A stretch of 15,721 bases of DNA, taken from the NCBI GenBank assembly GCA_030747675.1, contig JASLKH010000046.1, positions 1-15,721 of the forward strand, given 5' to 3'. Positions 7,785-15,001 of this stretch are shown piece after piece. The notes beneath the pieces are model-generated. The model did not search any database and was not told the origin of the DNA. It was given only the letters and a program-made list of their open reading frames with translations. Position 1 is the first letter of the stretch. The number at the start of each line of letters is the position of its first letter. Source of the stretch: Candidatus Thalassarchaeaceae archaeon. Its GTDB lineage: Archaea; Thermoplasmatota; Poseidoniia; Poseidoniales; Thalassarchaeaceae. Both the position numbers and the translations under genes were made by a program.

Positions 7785-8735
7785 ATGTTCATGCGAGCGC
7801 TAGTTACCGGGGGTGCAGGCTTCATCGGTTCACACCTAGTAGACAGGTTAGTTTCACGAGGCGATGAAGTCTTAGTGGTGGATAACTTGTCCTCGGGAGT
7901 ACTTGAATTTATACAGGACCATATCGATTCAGGTGCCGTTGATTTCCATGAGGTCGACCTCAAAGATTTAGAATCTCTAAAGCCACTGTTGAATGGCGTA
8001 GACATGGTCTACCACTTGGCTGCAAACCCCGATATTCGACTTGGAACGAGAATTACTGATACGGATCTTAAGGAAGGAACCATTGCTACATACAATGTTC
8101 TGGAATCTATGCGGTTAGCTAATGTGGAAAAGATTGCTTTCGCCTCTTCATCAGTAGTTTATGGTGAAAATGCGCCAATGCCGACCCCTGAAAATCATGG
8201 ACCTTGCCTTCCAATCTCTCTTTATGGAGCATCTAAACAAGCTGGAGAGGGTTTGATTGGCTCTTGGGTTGGAACATTTGGACTGCAAGCATGGATATTC
8301 AGATTTGCAAACATCATTGGAGAGCGAGGTACCCATGGTGTCATTTTCGATTTCATTCACAAATTAAAAGCAGATCCAAGCCGTTTGGAAGTTCTTGGGA
8401 ATGGTTTGCAAGAAAAGTCATACATGGAAGTAGGAGATTGTGTTGACGCAATTCTTCATGTAATTGCCAAAACTGATGACAGGATTAATCTTTATAACCT
8501 CGGTTCTAACGATACCTGCAGTGTAAGGAATATTGCAGCAATTGTCGTAAAGGAAACCGGATGTGAGGGTGCTAGTATCGAATATACTGGTGGTGACCGT
8601 GGTTGGGCAGGCGACATTCCAAAGGCAATGCTGGCGATAAATCGCCTCAAAGAACTCGGATTCAAGGTCAACTATGATAGCGAAGAAGCAGTGGCGCACA
8701 CTGCAAGGGTCCTAATCCAGGAGATTATGGGGTGA
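7785..8735 (+). CDS. NAD-dependent epimerase/dehydratase (extended SDR, UDP-glucose 4-epimerase-like); start 7785 or 7791
   Basis: Motifs include ALVTGGAGFIGSHL, HLAANPD, FASSSVVYGE, catalytic YGASK and RFANIIG. The substrate cannot be determined from sequence alone. Confidence 0.93.
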   Translation: MFMRALVTGGAGFIGSHLVDRLVSRGDEVLVVDNLSSGVLEFIQDHIDSGAVDFHEVDLKDLESLKPLLNGVDMVYHLAANPDIRLGTRITDTDLKEGTIATYNVLESMRLANVEKIAFASSSVVYGENAPMPTPENHGPCLPISLYGASKQAGEGLIGSWVGTFGLQAWIFRFANIIGERGTHGVIFDFIHKLKADPSRLEVLGNGLQEKSYMEVGDCVDAILHVIAKTDDRINLYNLGSNDTCSVRNIAAIVVKETGCEGASIEYTGGDRGWAGDIPKAMLAINRLKELGFKVNYDSEEAVAHTARVLIQEIMG

Positions 8736-8739
8736 AATT

Positions 8740-9390
8740 ATGATTCGAAGAAATATTTCAGATGAAGCCGGAGCACGTTCAGACGGATTAATGGTAGTGT
8801 CCCTAATTTTCATTGCAGCATTCACTTACATCGCTTTTACTACAAATCCTGTTTACACTGGAATTGGTGTTGGAGATAGAGTACCTGAACTTGAAGGGCA
8901 AATCTATGATGGAGGAACTTGGACTGATTTCAATTTAGAAGATAGTCTTGACCCTCTATGGGCTGAAGGAGATGGAGGGACCTGGTTTATGATTGAATTC
9001 ATGGATACTAACTGTGGTTACTGTCAACAGCAGGCTGCTGAAGAAATACCAAATCAACAAGCAAAATGGCTAGGTGATAATCCGCCTCGCTCAACACCTG
9101 ACAACGTCACGGTTGAGTTCTTGGCAGTGTCCATATCCTTGTGGGACTCTGGGACTGATGGTAAATCGTATGGAAGAGACGTAATACAAGATTTCCGAAA
9201 TAATAACGGCCACAATTTCCCATACATGGACATGCAAGATAACTCTCATCAAGATGATTGGGGAGGATTTGGGACACCAACATATTTCTTGGTTGCTCCA
9301 AATGGAATCATTGAGTATGTGAATTTAGAAGCCGATGCAGGTTATACTGTATGGGATGCAATGGATGAAAAAATCCCAAGAGGTGAGTAA
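8740..9390 (+). CDS. Membrane-anchored thioredoxin-fold thiol-disulfide oxidoreductase (TlpA/redoxin-like, CGYC)
   Basis: It has an N-terminal TM (LMVVSLIFIAAFTYIAF), GDRVPEL, EFMDTNCGYC and cis-Pro loop GTPTYFLVAPNG. SD GGGGTGA overlaps the upstream stop. Confidence 0.88.
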   Translation: MIRRNISDEAGARSDGLMVVSLIFIAAFTYIAFTTNPVYTGIGVGDRVPELEGQIYDGGTWTDFNLEDSLDPLWAEGDGGTWFMIEFMDTNCGYCQQQAAEEIPNQQAKWLGDNPPRSTPDNVTVEFLAVSISLWDSGTDGKSYGRDVIQDFRNNNGHNFPYMDMQDNSHQDDWGGFGTPTYFLVAPNGIIEYVNLEADAGYTVWDAMDEKIPRGE

Positions 9391-9391
9391 G

Positions 9392-10087
9392 ATGGTGGCC
9401 GGACTAGAATGTTTTGATCTCAGTTTGCTCCCACATCTAGCGATTTTTGCTCTTGGAGTAGCAATGCTTACTCCGTTAGGTGAAAGTTTGTTTTTACCAG
9501 CACTAAAATGGGCTTCACTCGAGACTAAATTGGGGAGAACATTTGCAGGTCTTCTGATGATTTCTTTTAGCGGCTTCACAGTTTCAGCTCACACCCTGTG
9601 GATGCATAACAAGTCACAGGAGATGGGCGGTGGATCATTTTGTTCAGCTGGAGAGGTTTGTGATTGCGCCAGTGTCATTGGTAACAATGATTGGAACACA
9701 ATGCCATTTCTTGACTTGCCTTGGGGGCTTCTAGGAATGTTAGCGTTTGCTATGTTCATGTGGCTGATAATCTCAATGGCCAAGGAACCAACAGCATCTT
9801 GGGTTTTGACACATATAAAAATCGGAACCAACTTTGGAATATTGGGTATTGGTGTAATTCTTTACTTGATGTATGCGGAGTATGAAATTGGAAAGATTTG
9901 CCAGTTCTGTACCACCGCGCACATTGCCCATATTGCTGCAACAATCGGTTTCTTCCGTTTGTCGAATATGTATGGTTCTAGCGATTGGAATGTGGCTGGA
10001 AACACAAAGTTCGTTGATGTGGCTGCTAAAGAACGCAGAAGGCGTGGCGGCTACGTCGCTCCAAAGCAGGCATCTGAGGAGGAATGA
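9392..10087 (+). CDS. Vitamin K epoxide reductase (VKOR) family protein (231 aa)
   Basis: Loop cysteines (FCSAGEVCDCASV), TM2 LPWGLLG, and a CQFC redox motif at the start of the last TM are present. ATG 9392 follows SD GAGGTGA. The ORF-track start at 9335 overlaps the upstream gene. Confidence 0.9.
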   Translation: MVAGLECFDLSLLPHLAIFALGVAMLTPLGESLFLPALKWASLETKLGRTFAGLLMISFSGFTVSAHTLWMHNKSQEMGGGSFCSAGEVCDCASVIGNNDWNTMPFLDLPWGLLGMLAFAMFMWLIISMAKEPTASWVLTHIKIGTNFGILGIGVILYLMYAEYEIGKICQFCTTAHIAHIAATIGFFRLSNMYGSSDWNVAGNTKFVDVAAKERRRRGGYVAPKQASEEE

Positions 10088-10090
10088 TTC

Positions 10091-10612
10091 CTGAACGAAA
10101 ACGGTTGGTGGGGAATCTTCACCATCGTCTGCTTAGTTTCATTACTTGGTTTGATGGAGTATCAAGGACTGATCAATCTAATCGATGACAGTAAATCAAC
10201 TGAATCACCATTGTTTAACACCGCAGATGAGATGCATCCTTTGGGCGAAGAATGCCTAACAACACATGATGTGGCAATGCATTTCCACCCTTATCTTACA
10301 ATAATCATTGATGATGTAGAATTTCCAATTCCAGAGGATACTGGCATAGATACAGAGACTTGCCCAGGAGCTATGCACATGACACATACACATGATGCGT
10401 CCGGTAAGATTCATGTTGAAGGGCATCAAGTTGTTGATGTGCCCTTAGAGGTGTTTTTCGATGTATGGGGCAAACATTTCGATGAAACTGGAATCTTTGA
10501 GTATCGCGATGGAACTGTGGTAATGACAGTCGATGGAGTTGTCAGCAATGAATATCAGAACCTATTGTTGGCAGATGGACAAAATATCGTCATCAAATAC
10601 ACATCGAATTAA
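10091..10612 (+). CDS. Membrane-anchored His-rich hypothetical protein (HxH...HTHDxSGxIHVE); start uncertain (CTG 10091 proposed, TTG 10151 in ORF track)
   Basis: In-frame hydrophobic WWGIFTIVCLVSLLGL lies upstream of the track start. GGAGG is 8 nt before CTG 10091. The soluble domain has 10 His and 2 Cys. Confidence 0.8.
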   Translation: MNENGWWGIFTIVCLVSLLGLMEYQGLINLIDDSKSTESPLFNTADEMHPLGEECLTTHDVAMHFHPYLTIIIDDVEFPIPEDTGIDTETCPGAMHMTHTHDASGKIHVEGHQVVDVPLEVFFDVWGKHFDETGIFEYRDGTVVMTVDGVVSNEYQNLLLADGQNIVIKYTSN

Positions 10613-10878
10613 GGTGCGTATATTCCTTCGAAATATAGTGCGTCAGTGTTTGTAGTTACAGGTTCTATTCGATGCACAGTTACATCAACTCTCTCACTAG
10701 TTTGATACATTTTTCTTAGCTCACTCAACAAGTGATGATGAACATCACTAACATCGCTCGCACTGATCATCGAAAGGTGGCGGTTTGTCTCTCCTCCAAC
10801 TTCAACGGTATATTCTACCATCCAAGACTTAACACCTTGGTTAACCCAGTCTTCGGAAGCATCGTGTGTCGGTTCCAT
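10609..10878 (-). CDS. Hypothetical protein (89 aa)
   Basis: The ATG ORF fills an otherwise empty gap. Its stop overlaps the convergent gene's stop (TTAA). TATA-like TTTGATAA lies about 25 nt upstream. No family was recognised. Confidence 0.7.
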   Translation of the reverse strand: MEPTHDASEDWVNQGVKSWMVEYTVEVGGETNRHLSMISASDVSDVHHHLLSELRKMYQTSERVDVTVHRIEPVTTNTDALYFEGIYAP

Positions 10879-10987
10879 GGTATTACATTAGTCTCTAACC
10901 TTATCAAAGGTTTGGTCAAATGTGCAATTTTTTACCGTAATTCTACAGTTTTCCGACAATTCAGTGTTTTTTCACAGACATGAAAAC

Positions 10988-11791
10988 TCATTCTTCTTCC
11001 GAATTAAGGGATTTTTTCTCAGGAATAAATACCACTAAACCACCCAGTAGAATACAAAATGCAACAATTTGTAGTAGTTCGTTGCTGGAATTATTTTCAT
11101 CTTGAATATTTGAAATTTCAACCACCCCATATGGAGAGCCTCCTTCTACGGGTTCGTGAATCATAATCAGCGACCATAATTCTGGCAACTGCAAATTACC
11201 ATATTCGGAAACATTCCCGTTTGAATCGATAACTTTCATTCCCACCAAAACTCTGTCCCGAACATCCTCGCCTGGATTGTCAACATCTGCAGGAACTTCT
11301 TTGTCATGCTCAACGACCATTAGAGTGATTTGTCCGTATTCAGGAGTGGGTATTTGTACCTCGCCATCCATGACAATCATTGCCATTTCGTCTGGAGTGC
11401 CACGTAAATTTTCCTGTGAAAGAATTCGTTGCTGAACATCACTCCAAGCATCATAACCTTCTGCAGTTTTCACTCCGTCAACGAAGAATGTCGGAGTTCC
11501 GTATGCTGAATCATCTGTCATTTTTTGATATTCTATCCTCGCAAGACTAGCCTCATTTTCGAATGCGTCATCCACATGTAATCCTACAATTGCCGTACGT
11601 GTACCATGAGACTTGGCTACAATCGCTAGTTCGGGGTCAATTTCTGCACAAGACGGACACCATATCGCAGTTCTCTCCTCTACCAGAACTGTCCTCTTCA
11701 ATTGGTGTTCTTCAACATCACCTTCGGCCACCGCTGCAGTTGAAGAAGTCAGGCATAGTACCATGACGAGTGCTGCTAGAAGTGGCCTCAT
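10988..11791 (-). CDS. Secreted, C-terminally anchored thioredoxin-fold protein (WCPSC; Omp28-like N-domain), 267 aa
   Basis: It has a signal peptide (MRPLLAALVMVLCLTSSTAAVA), VLVEERTAIWCPSC, cis-Pro loop YGTPTFFVDG and a C-terminal TM (LLQIVAFCILLGGLVVFI). Confidence 0.85.
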   Translation of the reverse strand: MRPLLAALVMVLCLTSSTAAVAEGDVEEHQLKRTVLVEERTAIWCPSCAEIDPELAIVAKSHGTRTAIVGLHVDDAFENEASLARIEYQKMTDDSAYGTPTFFVDGVKTAEGYDAWSDVQQRILSQENLRGTPDEMAMIVMDGEVQIPTPEYGQITLMVVEHDKEVPADVDNPGEDVRDRVLVGMKVIDSNGNVSEYGNLQLPELWSLIMIHEPVEGGSPYGVVEISNIQDENNSSNELLQIVAFCILLGGLVVFIPEKKSLNSEEE

Positions 11792-11864
11792 TGAACCCTT
11801 GGAACAATATCTTGTCCATGAAGTTATCATGGGGATGCTTTCAGCGGAGTATGGAGGGAGTGCT

Positions 11865-12608
11865 TTGGTAGACCGCTGGGTTCAAGATCACCAGAAAGAT
11901 GCTTGGCGAAAACAAGCCAAAGCTAGTGGCTATCGTGCACGCTCCGCTTTCAAGTTAAAGCAAATACAAGAACGACACAAAATCATCAAACTCGAAGATA
12001 GCGTGTTAGATGTAGGTTGTCACCCTGGGGGCTGGGCTCAAGTAGCCGTCGAATTAGTTGGTTCCAAAGGTAAGGTTGTTGGTGTCGATTTGCAATCCTG
12101 CGTTCCAGTCGAAGGAGCCAATCTAATCGTTGGAGATATTACAGAACCTTTTACCCAGCAAGCCGTTTTAGACGCTATCGATACTGAAGTAATCGACGTG
12201 GTAGTTTCTGATATCTCGCCTCATATTACCGGCAAATGGGATATAGACCAAGCAGTTTCTTTGATGTTAGTCGCTGATGTTTTCGATTTCGCTTTGCCCA
12301 TTTTGAAGTATGGAGGTCATTTTGTAACCAAATTATTCCAAGGTGTGGGGGTTGAGGAATTGATTGAATTGGTTCGCCCCCACTTTCAAACTGTCAAGAG
12401 ATTTTCACCTATGGCAAGTAGAAACTCATCTTCTGAAGTTTACCTTGTCTGTAAGTTTCACACTCCAAAAAGGGGACCTGATTGGGAGATAAGGCCCGCA
12501 TTCGAATCAGCATTAGAAGAGAGGCAAGGAGGACCAGAGCCTTTGGATGATGTTGAGCCTGCAAAATCTACTTTCACTATTCGAAAGAGGAATACTCCAG
12601 AGGAGTAA
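11865..12608 (+). CDS. rlmE: 23S rRNA (uridine-2'-O)-methyltransferase RlmE/FtsJ (247 aa, TTG start)
   Basis: Motifs include GYRARSAFKL, VLDVGCHPGGW, GVDL, SDISP, TKLFQG and SRNSSSEVY (K-D-K-E tetrad). GGAGG lies 7 nt before TTG 11865. Confidence 0.95.
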   Translation: MVDRWVQDHQKDAWRKQAKASGYRARSAFKLKQIQERHKIIKLEDSVLDVGCHPGGWAQVAVELVGSKGKVVGVDLQSCVPVEGANLIVGDITEPFTQQAVLDAIDTEVIDVVVSDISPHITGKWDIDQAVSLMLVADVFDFALPILKYGGHFVTKLFQGVGVEELIELVRPHFQTVKRFSPMASRNSSSEVYLVCKFHTPKRGPDWEIRPAFESALEERQGGPEPLDDVEPAKSTFTIRKRNTPEE

Positions 12609-12769
12609 TTTTCCACTTTCATTTGATGCCAGGGAATCTTTGAATATGGTTGAATCAATCCAGATTGTTTCATGGTGCAATATAGTAAGCCTAACCAGAA
12701 GAATAATTCGAGAGACAAATCAATCCTCTCGCACATGAAAAACGAACCTAGAACTCAGCAGGCAAGTCC

Positions 12770-13066
12770 TTGAGGCAACGAGTTTCAGAATTGGTTGCGA
12801 ATCAAAAATTTCAGCGCCTTGAATTAGTTGTTTTGCGTAGGTATCCTAGAAGATTAGTAAGCTCTCAAAATTTCACCGGCTCTTTAGCTGCAGCATGTGG
12901 TAGAGATGAGACTGGCATAGTAGGAATTGTTCTTTGGGCAAACCAAGTAAAGCAAGTGAAAACGGGCGACATAATACGAATAGAGAATGGTTGGTGCCGC
13001 TCTAGAAATGGCGAATTAGTAGTGTCAACTGGCAAAACTGGAACACTTACAGTGTTGGACAGATGA
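12770..13066 (+). CDS. Single OB-fold nucleic-acid-binding protein (SSB/RPA-like), TTG start
   Basis: RDETGIVGIVLW...VKTGDIIRIENGW...GELVVSTGKTG matches the archaeal SSB/RPA OB-fold pattern. There is an in-frame stop at 12749. Confidence 0.8.
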   Translation: MRQRVSELVANQKFQRLELVVLRRYPRRLVSSQNFTGSLAAACGRDETGIVGIVLWANQVKQVKTGDIIRIENGWCRSRNGELVVSTGKTGTLTVLDR

Positions 13067-13130
13067 TGTTTCATTCCGCGTAAGGATAAAGAGGGAGAGG
13101 TCGTGGCCGTGCTGCACCGAGGTGTATATT

Positions 13131-13298
13131 ATGTCTGAGCGAGCAACCGTCTGCACCGCTTCCGGAGTCCCACTGGTGGACAAAGGATCAACTACTTTCC
13201 CCTGCCCATCATGTGGCGAGCCAATTGGCCGCAGTCCACGATGTAGAAACCAAGGAGTAGCCTATGTATGCTCTTCTTGCGGATTCCAGGGTCCTTGA
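13131..13298 (+). CDS. HVO_2753-family (DUF1610) zinc-ribbon microprotein, 55 aa; not in the ORF track
   Basis: My translation is MSERATVCTASGVPLVDKGSTTFPCPSCGEPIGRSPRCRNQGVAYVCSSCGFQGP. It has the family hallmarks FxCPxCG and YxCxxCGFxGP, SD GAGGTG, and the typical position upstream of aEF-1beta. Confidence 0.92.
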   Translation: MSERATVCTASGVPLVDKGSTTFPCPSCGEPIGRSPRCRNQGVAYVCSSCGFQGP

Positions 13299-13314
13299 AT
13301 TGATTGGTGATATT

Positions 13315-13587
13315 ATGGGAATGGTTGCACTAACTTACAAAGTCATGCCTGATTCTGATGTGGAAGATGTTTCTACAGATGATGTTGTAGAACAGATTAT
13401 GGCATTAAAAGATGATACATACGATGTTCAACTATGTGAGTCCAAGCCTCTGGCTTTCGGTTTGAAATTCATCCAAGTTCATGTTGTAATGAACGATGGT
13501 TCTGGATTGTCCGATATTTTCGAAGAAAACATGCGTGCAATTAGAGGAACCGGCGAGATTGAAGTCCTATCCATGGGACTACTTTGA
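13315..13587 (+). CDS. ef1b: Archaeal translation elongation factor 1-beta (90 aa)
   Basis: It begins MGMVALTYKVMP, has the PLAFGLK motif, and ends EVLSMGLL. SD GGTGA precedes ATG 13315. Confidence 0.95.
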   Translation: MGMVALTYKVMPDSDVEDVSTDDVVEQIMALKDDTYDVQLCESKPLAFGLKFIQVHVVMNDGSGLSDIFEENMRAIRGTGEIEVLSMGLL

Positions 13588-13590
13588 ACC

Positions 13591-14988
13591 TCATAACTGA
13601 TGTAAAGGAGTTCGCATGAACTCGCGAAGTAGCGTAGTTGCATAGCTTCCAGATGGTAAGGTAAACCTGAATCTTATACATGCACCCTCGGGGTTCCAAA
13701 GTTCATCATCCTTTGGCCCTTCAGACCATTTTTCACCCATTGTTTCGTCACCTGCTACTGGAACAGGTTCGTACTGGAAATCACTGAATTTTGTGGCCAT
13801 TGGTCTACGGGTTCCTTTTGTCGTCAATCTAGAGATTTTTTCTACCTGCCAAGTTGTTTCTGCTAGCCCCATTTTTTCTAGGACCCCTGCTTCAATCAAT
13901 CCAAATTCTCCAGATGGTTTATCCATTGTCGAACCTGGTAGTTGTGCAGTGACTGCAAGCCTGCCAAGTGTACAATTACGTGAAATTCGATCTAGTGTTC
14001 TCTCTTCAACTGTGACGATGGAAGAAGTCTCCAATTGTCCATTGTCGTCTATTCTCCCCACAATATCACCAACAATCGGACTAGAGAGAGAAATGCCACT
14101 ATCGATTCTTGCTTCGATAGTTTTGTTGAATGCTACTGATTGTAATGAATGTACAGTCATCAATTGGAGATTATTTGGTAATTTTCGAAATGCACCTACC
14201 CAATCATCAGGGTTATCCAACATGTGTTTCAGCATATCTCTCTCATAACCCAGCCAGTGAGGAACTATCTCCAATGCTTCACTGGTTATTCCATTGTCAC
14301 GAATATTTTTCCTGAAATTGGCCACATCTTCTTTTTCATCACCTTCCATGCTAAGGTATGCCATAACAGCACCTTCCCAATCTTCAGTGATGACATGACG
14401 GCCCACTACCGGTGTGACTGGTCGCCCAGCACCGAATCTTTGAGGTCCAATCCAATTAGGGAATGAATCCGAACCCAATTTTTCTTTCATCGCAGACTCA
14501 ATATCTGCAATTTTTTCCATTGCCTCAGAATTTGTCATTGGGCTGCCGTCAGGGTGACAACACCCTCTTGCAACAATCGTGAAGCGGTTTCCTTTGTGAT
14601 TACCAAAACCAATCTTTTGATGAGTTCTACCTAAAATCTCAATTTCGACATCAGTAATCTCAACTTGAGCAACCTTCTTTGGTGGTGCATCAATAATGAA
14701 TACTTGGCGAGTAACTGCTCGCTTGTCCTTTGTTCCAGCGAAGAAAATTCTGTTACGAGAAATTCCACATGCTTTGGCAAGTTTGCCAATGAATCGATTT
14801 GTTTCCCAATTTGTTAATGTTATATTGGCAGCAGTAAAGCGTCCTCTAGGGTCGATACTAATTTTCGTAGAGATTTCATCCACTCTAAAATCAGCAACTC
14901 TTGATTTTAGAACGCCTCCAATACCAGTAGAATCTACAGCATAGCCGGTCAAACCAATTGTTTTGGCTAAGCCATCCTCAGCGGACAT
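13591..14988 (-). CDS. truD: tRNA pseudouridine(13) synthase TruD
   Basis: Motifs include FAGTKDKRAVTRQ (catalytic Asp), GNRFTI, PNWIGPQRFG and FTLPSGSYATTLLRE. Confidence 0.96.
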   Translation of the reverse strand: MSAEDGLAKTIGLTGYAVDSTGIGGVLKSRVADFRVDEISTKISIDPRGRFTAANITLTNWETNRFIGKLAKACGISRNRIFFAGTKDKRAVTRQVFIIDAPPKKVAQVEITDVEIEILGRTHQKIGFGNHKGNRFTIVARGCCHPDGSPMTNSEAMEKIADIESAMKEKLGSDSFPNWIGPQRFGAGRPVTPVVGRHVITEDWEGAVMAYLSMEGDEKEDVANFRKNIRDNGITSEALEIVPHWLGYERDMLKHMLDNPDDWVGAFRKLPNNLQLMTVHSLQSVAFNKTIEARIDSGISLSSPIVGDIVGRIDDNGQLETSSIVTVEERTLDRISRNCTLGRLAVTAQLPGSTMDKPSGEFGLIEAGVLEKMGLAETTWQVEKISRLTTKGTRRPMATKFSDFQYEPVPVAGDETMGEKWSEGPKDDELWNPEGACIRFRFTLPSGSYATTLLREFMRTPLHQL

Positions 14989-15001
14989 GTGCTAACACAT
15001 C

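Noticed and set aside
10085-10087. Selenocysteine decoding of the VKOR TGA
   Set aside because: The codon is not at a catalytic Cys-equivalent position (SEEE*FL), and I saw no SECIS-like hairpin nearby.
10084-10188. 34-aa ORF from the ATGA overlap with the VKOR stop
   Set aside because: It is out of frame with the convincing TM plus His-rich protein and has no features. Its SD spacing is only 1 nt. It is kept only as a possible frameshift clue.
11613-11864. Long N-terminal extension of RlmE in the ORF track
   Set aside because: It overlaps the opposite-strand thioredoxin gene. TTG 11865 has a good SD and matches where RlmE homology begins.
12458-12769. Short ORFs around the rlmE-OB intergenic gap (12458-12736 minus, 12547-12738 plus, 12-codon ORF at 12735)
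   Set aside because: They overlap rlmE or are tiny, and have no SD or recognisable motif.
13264-13314. 17-aa extension of aEF-1beta
   Set aside because: It overlaps the zinc-finger gene. ATG 13315 has SD GGTGA and gives the normal length.
13793-14944. Plus-strand ORFs antisense to truD
   Set aside because: They are shadow ORFs of a strongly supported CDS.
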